This document shows positions 8,710 through 16,979 of a stretch of 64,000 bases of DNA, one piece after another. Every line of letters starts with the position of its first letter. Position 1 is the first letter of the stretch. Position numbers and translations under genes: made by a program. The stretch is taken from positions 1-64,000 of the IMG/VR virus record IMGVR_UViG_3300042311_000626; one strand, written 5' to 3'. The notes under the pieces were generated by a model, which had not been told where the DNA came from, ran no database searches, and worked only from the letters and a program-made list of their open reading frames with translations. This DNA is from a virus. Taxonomy: Duplodnaviria; Heunggongvirae; Uroviricota; Caudoviricetes.

Positions 8710-9819
8710 ATGACATTACCAATTTTGTACAAACGTTCAAACAGTAAAGAACACATCAATCAATGGCAAATTGAGGTTGAAGGAAACAAATTCAGAACAA
8801 CTACAGGATTTGTAAATATGAAAATGTTTACAGGTGATTGGACCGAATGTACTCCTAAAAATGTAGGTAAAAAGAACGCTACAACAGCGGAAGAACAAGC
8901 ATTGTTCGAAGCACAAGCACTATGGCAAAAACGTAAAGATTTAGGTTATTGGGAAGACATAAATGATTGTGATAAGAAAGTATTCTTTCAACCTATGTTA
9001 GCTCAAGACTATGACAAACGTAAGGATAAAGTACAGTTCCCAATTTTATCACAACCAAAACTAGACGGAGTAAGATGTATAGTTAAATCAGATGGTATGT
9101 GGACACGAACAGGAAAGGAAATTATATCTGCTCCTCACATATTTGAAGGACTAAAACACGTATTTGAAACACAACCTGATTTAGTATTGGATGGTGAATT
9201 ATATACTTCAAATACAGAAGTAGATTTCAACACAATCATATCATGTGTTAGAAAAACAAAACCAACACAAGCCGATTTAGATTTATCTACTCGATATATT
9301 GAGTATTGGATGTATGACATGTATGAAGGTGAAGATTTAATATATGCTTCAAGACGAGGTAAATTGTTAAGTTTATTTCTTACATATGATATATCAATTC
9401 TTTATTATAAAATTGTTGAAACAACTAATGTAATTTCATTTGAACAGATTAATCTAAAATTACAAGAATATATTGAACAAGGTTTTGAAGGTCAAATGTT
9501 AAGAGATCCAAACACACCTTATGAAAATAAACGTTCAAATGGTTTATTAAAACATAAAACATTCTTTGATGAAGAGTTTACAATAATAGATTATTCCGAA
9601 GGTATAGGTAAATTTAGTGGTAAAGTAGCAACATTAAAAGTAAATGTTAGTGGTGTAGAAGTGGATTGTACCATAAATGGAACGATGGAGTATTTAGAAG
9701 AATTATTTCAAATCAAAGACACATTAATTGGTAAACAAGCAACAGTTAAGTATTTTGAAAAAACGGTAGATGGTTCATTAAGATTTCCAAAAGTAATAGC
9801 GATACGAGATTATGAATAA
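8710..9819 (+). CDS. ATP-dependent DNA ligase with ~100-aa N-terminal extension
   Basis: Motif I KLDGVR, motif III LDGELY, motif IV EGQMLR, motif V LLKHK. Confidence 0.8.
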   Translation: MTLPILYKRSNSKEHINQWQIEVEGNKFRTTTGFVNMKMFTGDWTECTPKNVGKKNATTAEEQALFEAQALWQKRKDLGYWEDINDCDKKVFFQPMLAQDYDKRKDKVQFPILSQPKLDGVRCIVKSDGMWTRTGKEIISAPHIFEGLKHVFETQPDLVLDGELYTSNTEVDFNTIISCVRKTKPTQADLDLSTRYIEYWMYDMYEGEDLIYASRRGKLLSLFLTYDISILYYKIVETTNVISFEQINLKLQEYIEQGFEGQMLRDPNTPYENKRSNGLLKHKTFFDEEFTIIDYSEGIGKFSGKVATLKVNVSGVEVDCTINGTMEYLEELFQIKDTLIGKQATVKYFEKTVDGSLRFPKVIAIRDYE

Positions 9820-9879
9820 AAAATTACAAGAAAGCTTGCGGTACACAACATCAATACAAACATACGTATATACAAGAAT

Positions 9880-10068
9880 ATGAAACGATTATTATACAAC
9901 ATAGCATTTTGGATTGGTTATACAATCGTAATTGAAGATACTCTAATGAGTTGGGAAAAGTGGGAGATAAAAAAATACACTCACATTGTGGTATACAAGT
10001 ATTATGGTAGATTTAAACATGACAATAGCATTAAGTTAAGACGTGTGTGGGCGCTTAAAATAAGATAA
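9880..10068 (+). CDS. hypothetical protein
   Basis: 62-aa ORF; CGTATATACAA motif 5 nt upstream. Confidence 0.3.
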   Translation: MKRLLYNIAFWIGYTIVIEDTLMSWEKWEIKKYTHIVVYKYYGRFKHDNSIKLRRVWALKIR

Positions 10069-10070
10069 AC

Positions 10071-10301
10071 ATGACAGTAGCAGAAGTAATAGAAAAACTA
10101 AGCACTATTGAAAATCAAGACGCCTTAGTGATGACAAGAGGATATGAAGGAGGGTATGATGATATGGATTATGATATTATAGAAACAGATATGGTTCTAA
10201 ATGTAAATTCAGAATGGTATTATGGTAAACATGAAAGAGCAGAAAATGTATATCATGAAGATAGGGAAAAATATGAAATAGTAAAAGCAATTATACTTTA
10301 G
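10071..10301 (+). CDS. hypothetical protein
   Basis: 76-aa acidic ORF. Confidence 0.35.
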   Translation: MTVAEVIEKLSTIENQDALVMTRGYEGGYDDMDYDIIETDMVLNVNSEWYYGKHERAENVYHEDREKYEIVKAIIL

Positions 10302-10321
10302 GTTGGCTTATAGGAATTGTA

Positions 10322-10348
10322 TTCGTAATTTTATAGCATAATTTAAAA
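10322..10348 (+). promoter_or_regulatory. early promoter motif (consensus copy)
   Basis: Identical 27-mer to 8671-8697. Confidence 0.5.
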
Positions 10349-10351
10349 CAA

Positions 10352-10567
10352 ATGGTTATGACAAATTTAGACATTATTGAAAAATTTATTCAAAGTGAAA
10401 TTGATAAGAACAATTCATCTAATGAATATATTTTAGCATTAAATGAGTGTGCAACATTAGAGGACTTAATTTATGAAGTTGATATGTGGAAATCACCAAT
10501 TATAATTGAAAAATATGGAAATGTGGAAAATTATATTTTGATGAGTTTAGATAATTTAAAACAATAA
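10352..10567 (+). CDS. hypothetical protein
   Basis: ORF after early motif; second ATG at 10358 fits the conserved ggttATG context better. Confidence 0.35.
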   Translation: MVMTNLDIIEKFIQSEIDKNNSSNEYILALNECATLEDLIYEVDMWKSPIIIEKYGNVENYILMSLDNLKQ

Positions 10568-10572
10568 AGGTT

Positions 10573-10767
10573 ATGGAAGTAAAAATTAACATCCCAGAAG
10601 GAATCATTCGCACATGTACAAAATGTGGTTGGAATGAAGAACAAACAAGAAAGGTATTTGTTGAGTACTTACAAGAGGTTACTAATCATGTATACAATCA
10701 CTTTGAAATAGGTTTTGATAATTGGATAAATGACGAAGATACTCAGGAATTTTTAGATAACTTATAA
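10573..10767 (+). CDS. hypothetical protein
   Basis: 64-aa ORF. Confidence 0.35.
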   Translation: MEVKINIPEGIIRTCTKCGWNEEQTRKVFVEYLQEVTNHVYNHFEIGFDNWINDEDTQEFLDNL

Positions 10768-10772
10768 AACAA

Positions 10773-10994
10773 ATGGTTATGAGAACAAAACGATCAGAAT
10801 TAGTAGAAGGTAAAAAATATTTCATGAATGGTGAAAGAGACGTCATAGGAGTATTTAAAGGTAGAGATGAAGATTTAAACTCAATTTTCTTTGATTGTGG
10901 TGAACAAAACAAATATTTCACTTCATTATATAGAGAAGGTCTTGTAATGTTTTGGAGTGATGATGATTATGAAGGGTTTGTAGAAGTAAAATAA
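10773..10994 (+). CDS. hypothetical protein
   Basis: 73-aa ORF; alternative start 10779. Confidence 0.35.
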   Translation: MVMRTKRSELVEGKKYFMNGERDVIGVFKGRDEDLNSIFFDCGEQNKYFTSLYREGLVMFWSDDDYEGFVEVK

Positions 10995-10999
10995 GCGTT

Positions 11000-11224
11000 A
11001 TGAAAAGATTAGTCACAATACAAGATGGAGTAATAGGAGGGGTGGAGAAAGAGCTTATAGAGAAATTGCTCCCTCAATTAATAGGATCATTTAGACAACG
11101 TAAAGAATACTTTGAATACTATTTTAATGAAACGGAAGTTGAAATCACCTTAGATGATATTGAGCGTTTATCTAAAGAATTTACTATAGAAATAAATTGG
11201 AGTGAATTAGAAATTTTCATTTAA
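11000..11224 (+). CDS. hypothetical protein
   Basis: 74-aa ORF. Confidence 0.35.
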   Translation: MKRLVTIQDGVIGGVEKELIEKLLPQLIGSFRQRKEYFEYYFNETEVEITLDDIERLSKEFTIEINWSELEIFI

Positions 11225-11235
11225 TAATAAAAGTT

Positions 11236-11601
11236 ATGGCAACACCAAGTAGAATAGGAATCGAGAACGAAAACGGATCAATAACATCAATTTACTGTCA
11301 TTGGGATGGTTATACAGAAGGTGTAGGTGCAATGTTAAAAGAGCATTATTTGAGCACTCAAAAAGTAAGAATGCTACTTAATTTAGGTGATATTAGTATT
11401 TTAGGAGAACAGGTAGCAACTATGGATGAACATACTTTTGATAATCCAAAGCAAGGTGTAACAGTGGCTTATCATAGAGACAGAGGTGAGGAAAAGAATG
11501 AGGCGAGAACGGATGTTTCAATTGAACAATTTAAAAATCGTTTAAGTGATTGTTATGGTTATGTTTATACTAAAGGTGGAAATTGGTTAACAGTAAGATA
11601 A
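11236..11601 (+). CDS. hypothetical protein
   Basis: 121-aa ORF. Confidence 0.4.
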   Translation: MATPSRIGIENENGSITSIYCHWDGYTEGVGAMLKEHYLSTQKVRMLLNLGDISILGEQVATMDEHTFDNPKQGVTVAYHRDRGEEKNEARTDVSIEQFKNRLSDCYGYVYTKGGNWLTVR

Positions 11602-11606
11602 GTGAT

Positions 11607-11894
11607 ATGAAACAGACAGCAGTAGAATGGTTAGCGAATGAGCTATATGAAAAATTTGAAATGAAAGGTGATGGTGCTTTGTTTAATGACTTGTTAAATC
11701 AAGCCAATAAAATGTTTGAGCAACAGATTATTGATGCCTTTGATAATGGTGTAGAAGATGATGGAATTATTGATAATGCAGAACAATACTATAATGAAAC
11801 ATTTGGTAAATCAACTCCGTGGTATGATGAAGATAAGACAACAGAAAGAATGAATATAATAGGACAAAATGGAAATAATGGTGAACACTATTAA
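11607..11894 (+). CDS. hypothetical acidic protein
   Basis: ORF in track from a TTG at 11583; first ATG at 11607 (MKQTAVEW...). Confidence 0.35.
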   Translation: MKQTAVEWLANELYEKFEMKGDGALFNDLLNQANKMFEQQIIDAFDNGVEDDGIIDNAEQYYNETFGKSTPWYDEDKTTERMNIIGQNGNNGEHY

Positions 11895-11928
11895 ATCCAA
11901 AGCACCAAATACATAATCCAGCTAAAAT

Positions 11929-11986
11929 AAAACGTACGACGGAAGAAACGAAACGTACGACGGAATAGAATAATAACGTACGGGCG
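11929..11986 (+). repeat. direct repeats AAACGTACGACGG (x2) plus AACGTACGGGCG
   Basis: Exact 13-mer at 11929 and 11951; related copy 11975; further copies at 12732 (direct) and 13243 (inverted). Confidence 0.7.
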
Positions 11987-12347
11987 AAAGGGCGATTACT
12001 AAATAATAGGAGCTGGGTGCTTCGGGTATGAAATATCGCATTTAAACGCATTGTTTTTTTACCACGGCATTATGTGATTATGGGGAGGTAATGCAAAATT
12101 ACGCGTTTTTTTGCGCAAATAATCGCGATTTTTTTGTTGCTTAAAGGAATAGGTGAGGATGGAAAACAAGGGTTAAGGGTGGAAAACATTACAATATTTT
12201 TTTTGTTGCTTAAAGTTTTTGTACTTAACATGTGGAACGAATGGAGATAATGTGTGATGGAGTTTTGTGACAAGGGAAAAGGTCCCGCCATGCCACGCCC
12301 CGTTTCTCCACTTTCGAAACGTATATACAAAACATAACATAACTACT

Positions 12348-12545
12348 ATGCTATATTACATAAACATTTACGTATTCATTGGCGCCATTGTGTCCGTATT
12401 GGCCATATTAATGAATAATTATTTTGTTAAGTACGACGACGGGACTCCTTTAACCAATAAAGACGTCGTTATAATAATTTTTTTCTGGCCAATATTTCTT
12501 TTGTTCTTGTTTTATTACTTTTTTGTTAAAGATTGGGATAACTAA
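12348..12545 (+). CDS. small membrane protein (65 aa)
   Basis: ATG inside track ORF 12267..12545 where AT-rich codon usage resumes; 2 TM helices. Confidence 0.3.
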   Translation: MLYYINIYVFIGAIVSVLAILMNNYFVKYDDGTPLTNKDVVIIIFFWPIFLLFLFYYFFVKDWDN

Positions 12546-12586
12546 GAATTTTTTTGTACATTCATATAAATAAAAAATTTAAAATT

Positions 12587-12733
12587 ATGATTGTACCTTT
12601 TTGGATTCAAGGCTTAGCATTTGGTGTTTATTATGTTCCGGACGACGACGGAGTAGATTACGACGACGAGACACATATGGTCCAATTGGCGTTAGGTTTT
12701 TTTGGTATATCGTTTATGTGGTGGAACGACTAA
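12587..12733 (+). CDS. small membrane protein (48 aa) with acidic loop
   Basis: MIVPFWIQGLAFGVYYVPDDDGVDYDDE...FFGISFMWW; below track cutoff. Confidence 0.25.
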   Translation: MIVPFWIQGLAFGVYYVPDDDGVDYDDETHMVQLALGFFGISFMWWND

Positions 12734-12852
12734 AACGTACGACGACGAAAGTTTTTTGTCTTTTTTTGCGATAATATTTGGTTGCGTGGTTTTTTGTTAT
12801 TAATTTTATGCCAGAGTTAAAAACATAAACATTAACATTAAAAATCAAGGTT

Positions 12853-13185
12853 ATGACGCGTACAGAAGTATTAGCAAAAGTAAAAGAGTTAGGTATCAAA
12901 ACAGAAAGACCAGCTCATCAGATGAAAACAGAAGCATTAGTTGCTTTAATTCACAAAACAGTTGTGATTGAAGATCACAAAGCACGTGGACGTAAAATCA
13001 ATCCAACGAGCGCTAGACAACAAAGATTAGCTACCCGAGCTATGTTGTTAGAAAATGGTCCAATTCAAAAAGGACGTAAACCGAACTTAACCAGTGCCAG
13101 ACAACAAAGATTGGCTGCATGGGAAGCTAGAAAGGCTGCCGGTGAGGTAATAAAACGAGGCCGTCCAGCAATGGTGGTTGCGTAA
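12853..13185 (+). CDS. HeH/Rho-N (SAP-like) domain DNA-binding protein with tandem basic repeats
   Basis: N-terminal LAKVKELGIKT...MKTEALVALI fits the Rho-N/HeH signature; two GRKxNxTSARQQRLA repeats; strong terminator follows. Confidence 0.5.
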   Translation: MTRTEVLAKVKELGIKTERPAHQMKTEALVALIHKTVVIEDHKARGRKINPTSARQQRLATRAMLLENGPIQKGRKPNLTSARQQRLAAWEARKAAGEVIKRGRPAMVVA

Positions 13186-13207
13186 TTTAATTGTTAAACT
13201 AGGAACT

Positions 13208-13237
13208 GACCCGACAGAAATGTCGGGTCTTTTTTTT
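13208..13237 (+). terminator. rho-independent terminator
   Basis: gacccgaca-gaaa-tgtcgggtc 9-bp stem plus T8. Confidence 0.75.
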
Positions 13238-13428
13238 CCTCCGTCGTACGTTTTATTATTTGGGGACAACTATTTCTAATATCCAAGTTGGTTGTTAATT
13301 TTTTTATTCGTACCTTTATGGGGGGGTCCGTTTTTTTTTTATAAAAACGTTACAACATTTTTTGTTTATCATTTGGATATTGGTTTTTTTGTTTGTATAT
13401 TTACGACGTTAATTAAAACAATAGAGTT

Positions 13429-13680
13429 ATGAGAGTACAAATTAAATCCATCTTCGAGCAAATTGCAGAGCAAGTATTTAAAATGACTGATGCAACTAAA
13501 GCTAAAACGTTCATTACTGAATTCGTTAATGAAAAGAATATTAACGACGACGACAAAAGAACGATCCTAAACAACATAGAGAACCTTAAATCGATTGCCC
13601 AGATCCAGAAATACATCTGTAACTCACTTCTTCAGTATGAGGGGCTAGGTGTTGGTGCTAGAAAGGATCCAAATGAGTGA
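13429..13680 (+). CDS. hypothetical protein; 3' end runs into a GC-rich segment
   Basis: 83-aa ORF; last ~15 codons lie in the GC-rich island 13635-13765. Confidence 0.35.
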   Translation: MRVQIKSIFEQIAEQVFKMTDATKAKTFITEFVNEKNINDDDKRTILNNIENLKSIAQIQKYICNSLLQYEGLGVGARKDPNE

Positions 13681-13948
13681 GCTGGATCATCTGGCCCAGT
13701 GGGAGCAGTTCCTCTGGCTTCAGGGGCTCGATCCGGGGCCTGAAATTGGGAACACCATTTCGTTAGTATGTATGTCGGAAGACATTAAACATTATAATTA
13801 TGAAGACTATCCAAGTAACACTTCAAGAGCGATGGGCTGCTTCTAGGCACCAGATCCACAAGACAAAGAAAACATATACCCGTAAGGATAAACACAAAAA
13901 CAAGAGTCGTAAAGACTCTTCATTTGTCTTTGGTTACCAGAATTATGT

Positions 13949-13975
13949 GTCGTAATTTTATAGCATAGTTAAAAA
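13949..13975 (+). promoter_or_regulatory. early promoter motif
   Basis: gtCGTAATTTTATAGCATAGTTAAAAA upstream of ATG 13993. Confidence 0.45.
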
Positions 13976-13992
13976 CATTAAAAATAAAAGTT

Positions 13993-14238
13993 ATGGCTTA
14001 TAGAGAAACATTTAGAATGAATCAAAGAGATTTTGATGAAGAAAATGAAGAAACAATTAATGACATTAGAAGTTATTTAGTTTACAATTACAATCATGTA
14101 AGTTCAGACCAACTATCAGATGGTTTTATTCTGGAGTTTATGTCCAGAGATTACTTAGTAAGGTTGCCGTTTGAGAGAAAGATGGATTGCCTTTATGATC
14201 ACATTTTGGCTCAAGGTTTATGTGATGTAGAAGAATAG
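13993..14238 (+). CDS. hypothetical protein
   Basis: 81-aa ORF between early motif and terminator. Confidence 0.4.
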   Translation: MAYRETFRMNQRDFDEENEETINDIRSYLVYNYNHVSSDQLSDGFILEFMSRDYLVRLPFERKMDCLYDHILAQGLCDVEE

Positions 14239-14241
14239 ATT

Positions 14242-14262
14242 AAGCGCTTAGGCGCTTTTTTT
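14242..14262 (+). terminator. rho-independent terminator
   Basis: aagcgc-ttag-gcgctt plus T7. Confidence 0.5.
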
Positions 14263-14290
14263 GTCTTTCACTAGGATACCTAAAAAATTT

Positions 14291-14318
14291 TTCGTACCTT
14301 TATACCAAATTTAAATTA
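14291..14318 (+). promoter_or_regulatory. early promoter motif, degenerate
   Basis: TTCGTACCTTTATACCAAATTTAAATTA upstream of the GC-rich ORF. Confidence 0.4.
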
Positions 14319-14326
14319 AAAACAAA

Positions 14327-14887
14327 ATGAAAACATTAGTAATACACCCTAACGATCGATCAACTGATTTTCTTAAGCCGATCTATAACGAGCTAGACGA
14401 TGTTACTCTGGTGACTGGCAACTGGACACGTGGGGAAATAATAGAGGGCATCCAGGCACACGATCAAGTAATGATGATGGGACATGGGAGCCCAGGTGGA
14501 TTGTTTGCTATGGGGCAGTTTTGGCCTCAAGACGTCCTTAGTGCCTATATTATAGGGGCTGACATGGTTGAGGCGTTGAGCCAGAAGGACAACAACATTT
14601 TTATCTGGTGTAATGCCGATCAATTTGTTACTAGACACATGCTGAAGGGGTTTTACACTGGGATGTTTATCTCTGAGACGGGCGAGGCTGCTTATTGTGG
14701 ATTGCCTGGTACACCTCAAGACATGGTGGATGAATCGAACCACGGGTTTGTTAAAATACTTGGCGATGCACTTCAGGGCACCAGAGACACTAGTGTTCTA
14801 TTTGAGCAGACTAGCAACACATACAGCCTAATAGCCGACATTAATCCAGTAGCTAAATACAATCATAATAGACTTTATTTAAGATAG
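14327..14887 (+). CDS. hypothetical protein, compositionally foreign
   Basis: 186-aa ORF with clearly higher GC than neighbours; GHGSPGG and hydrophobic-strand-Cys (IFIWCNAD) elements. Confidence 0.5.
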   Translation: MKTLVIHPNDRSTDFLKPIYNELDDVTLVTGNWTRGEIIEGIQAHDQVMMMGHGSPGGLFAMGQFWPQDVLSAYIIGADMVEALSQKDNNIFIWCNADQFVTRHMLKGFYTGMFISETGEAAYCGLPGTPQDMVDESNHGFVKILGDALQGTRDTSVLFEQTSNTYSLIADINPVAKYNHNRLYLR

Positions 14888-14908
14888 ATTTGGTTGCCTA
14901 AAATATTA

Positions 14909-14937
14909 TTCGTACTTTTATATCAAAGTTTAACAAT
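14909..14937 (+). promoter_or_regulatory. early promoter motif, degenerate
   Basis: TTCGTACTTTTATATCAAAGTTTAACAA. Confidence 0.4.
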
Positions 14938-14952
14938 TAAAATATTCTTATT

Positions 14953-15252
14953 ATGAGTGAAAAAATTAACAGCGACTGTTTATTCCGCCTTGAGGCGAAA
15001 GGTGAAGACATTAGTGCTTCAGTTGAAGGTAAAGCTAGAGATATAGCAGAATTACTTGCTAACGCAGCTATAAATTCAGAAGAAATAAACATGGTTTTAA
15101 AATTTGCTATGTTAATGTTGGCTCAACATGAAATGAACCAAGACGAAGACGAAGACGAAGACCGAATCAGCGAAGAAAGATTCCAAGCTGGTAAAGAAGC
15201 TGCTGTTGACTTAGCTCAGGCATTATTCCCTCTTAAAATGGAGGAAGCATAA
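14953..15252 (+). CDS. acidic hypothetical protein
   Basis: 99 aa with QDEDEDEDR run; flanked by motif and terminator. Confidence 0.45.
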   Translation: MSEKINSDCLFRLEAKGEDISASVEGKARDIAELLANAAINSEEINMVLKFAMLMLAQHEMNQDEDEDEDRISEERFQAGKEAAVDLAQALFPLKMEEA

Positions 15253-15287
15253 GATTTCTCATTATTTATTGTTTTTAATTAGTGAAT

Positions 15288-15315
15288 TGACTCATCAGAA
15301 ATGGTGAGTCTTTTC
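15288..15315 (+). terminator. rho-independent terminator
   Basis: tgactcatc-agaaat-ggtgagtc plus TTTT. Confidence 0.5.
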
Positions 15316-15326
15316 TATTTATCATC

Positions 15327-15545
15327 ATGAAAAAGTTTATATTATATTTGATCACATGGGTAGCAGGCAATCTGTCTATTCCATTCTGGATGGTAGGGCA
15401 CGTCCACCTGACAACTAATGTGTATGAGGACATACATGAGATAATTGCCTCATTCGGGATGAACATTATAGTGGCCCTTGGGTTCTGGCTAGAATGGAAA
15501 AACTACGATGCGGCTACTAAGCCAAATAACGATAAAGACAATTAA
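15327..15545 (+). CDS. small membrane protein
   Basis: 72 aa, 2 TM helices. Confidence 0.4.
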   Translation: MKKFILYLITWVAGNLSIPFWMVGHVHLTTNVYEDIHEIIASFGMNIIVALGFWLEWKNYDAATKPNNDKDN

Positions 15546-15571
15546 ATAATACTTGGTTATACGGTTTATAG

Positions 15572-15598
15572 TTTGTAATTTTATAGCATAATTTAAAA
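15572..15598 (+). promoter_or_regulatory. early promoter motif
   Basis: TTTGTAATTTTATAGCATAATTTAAAA, 11 nt before ATG 15610. Confidence 0.5.
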
Positions 15599-15609
15599 CA
15601 ACAAATAAA

Positions 15610-15777
15610 ATGAGCACATTAAAATTTACAGACGGAGAAACATTTGATTTATCAGGTGAATTAAGAGCCGAAGAGCGTTATGATGGATGGTACGTGTTAG
15701 GTGAAAACCGAATGATACCTGTTAACGACGAGTTTGATGCTTTAAACACAATAGATAAACTTAACGCCCTTAAATAA
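15610..15777 (+). CDS. hypothetical protein (55 aa)
   Basis: ORF 11 nt downstream of early motif 15572-15598; below cutoff. Confidence 0.35.
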   Translation: MSTLKFTDGETFDLSGELRAEERYDGWYVLGENRMIPVNDEFDALNTIDKLNALK

Positions 15778-15778
15778 G

Positions 15779-15964
15779 ATGAATAAGTTACTACTTAGAT
15801 ATAAAAATGAAAACAACAAGCAAGTAGACGTTGTAATGGATCCCAGAGAGCTATCCCATATGGAGTTTATTAAGGGGAACAGAACGTTATATAAGGTATA
15901 TGATGCTGAAGATGAGTTTAATGTTGAATTAGAACGTCTAACTAAATTAAGTAACAGTAATTAA
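15779..15964 (+). CDS. hypothetical protein
   Basis: 61-aa ORF. Confidence 0.35.
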   Translation: MNKLLLRYKNENNKQVDVVMDPRELSHMEFIKGNRTLYKVYDAEDEFNVELERLTKLSNSN

Positions 15965-15991
15965 AAGTAGACGTGTATACGCTACTTACCG

Positions 15992-16018
15992 TTCGTAATT
16001 TTATAGCATAGTTTAACA
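15992..16018 (+). promoter_or_regulatory. early promoter motif
   Basis: TTCGTAATTTTATAGCATAGTTTAACA. Confidence 0.5.
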
Positions 16019-16034
16019 ATTAAAAACATATAAA

Positions 16035-16220
16035 ATGAAAACATTAGACATCTTAATTAAAGTATTATTAGTTACCTTAATGTTATTAAGTGTAATACGA
16101 ATGTTCTTCTACCCTAGTACATTAGAACATTTTGCAATGTGTTGGTTCTTGCTTATGGCATCTGGTGTTGGTGCATTAGCTTACTACAAACAAAGCACCA
16201 AATGGAACCTAAACAAATAA
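16035..16220 (+). CDS. small membrane protein
   Basis: 61 aa, 2 TM helices. Confidence 0.35.
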   Translation: MKTLDILIKVLLVTLMLLSVIRMFFYPSTLEHFAMCWFLLMASGVGALAYYKQSTKWNLNK

Positions 16221-16363
16221 AAGCAATGAATACGATAACACAGACGATAGAGCAAGATGGATTCAGCTGGTTCGAATATAATACAGGATCGATCACATTA
16301 ATCGAATTTTCATTGAGTGAGCTAGTAAAGCGTATAGTAGCCATTAACCCGACGCTAAATTAA
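16202..16363 (+). CDS. hypothetical protein (53 aa)
   Basis: First ATG of the hydrophilic part of track ORF 16139..16363; 19-nt overlap in a different frame. Confidence 0.3.
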   Translation: MEPKQIKAMNTITQTIEQDGFSWFEYNTGSITLIEFSLSELVKRIVAINPTLN

Positions 16364-16439
16364 GCATGTACGGTAGATACTAAACAAACAACAACAACTA
16401 ACATGAGGCGGCCAAAAGGTCGCCTTCCTTAATCTAAAT

Positions 16440-16690
16440 GCATGTGTGCGCGCGCGTGACAAAAAAAGCGGGCAGGGCTCTGGCTTCAGGCGGGTCTGGC
16501 GTGTGTGACAAAAAAGAACACTCTCCTTCAATCTATCGATCCGCTAGCGCTGCGCGCGCGGAGCGACAGCGAAGTGGGCCCACGGTAATTGCGGTCCATC
16601 GACGATGCGACAAAAACGCGCCCGAAGGCCCCGGCTTTACAACAAGACAACAAAATTCACCCCGCGCCCCCCGTATATACAAATATATTG
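16440..16690 (+). other. GC-rich non-coding island (~60% GC in a ~31% GC genome)
   Basis: GTGACAAAAAA / GCGACAAAAAC repeats, (CG)n runs, ends in CGTATATACAA; track ORFs here look spurious. Confidence 0.6.
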
Positions 16691-16835
16691 CAAAATCCAT
16701 TATAACCCATTCGATATAAAATCCAAGACCCCGAAATCTCTCTCTTTAACGATCTTTTTCCCACTTCAAAGCGTATATACGAGAGGTTGGAAACAAGAAA
16801 AAACATTCGTATATTTAGACTTAAATTAAAAAGTT

Positions 16836-16979
16836 ATGATAATATACATGGATAAAACCATTGAGTTATTAGGTAAACTAGACCCCAAGGGAACCCAGGC
16901 CTTAATCGACTCAGGTGAAGTTAAATACTTAGAAGAAAAAACTGCTTATTTAGTAATTAAAGATAAAGAAGATGAGTAA
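16836..16979 (+). CDS. hypothetical protein (47 aa)
   Basis: aaaagttATG context; stop overlaps next start. Confidence 0.25.
   Translation: MIIYMDKTIELLGKLDPKGTQALIDSGEVKYLEEKTAYLVIKDKEDE

Noticed and set aside
12070-12347. ORF 12070..12330 (-) and the N-terminal part of ORF 12267..12545 (+)
   Set aside because: They fall in the palindrome- and repeat-dense non-coding island. Only the AT-rich segment from ATG 12348 looks like real coding sequence.
11900-16800. tRNA or tmRNA genes in the GC-rich islands
   Set aside because: No cloverleaf-compatible arms or T-loop GTTCRANYC consensus could be found by eye. They were retained as non-coding candidates, not tRNAs.
16438-16829. ORFs 16438..16719 and 16605..16829 (Arg/Ala/Pro-rich)
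   Set aside because: They lie in the GC-rich non-coding island. The amino-acid composition simply reflects GC-rich DNA, they overlap in two frames, and they have no start context.
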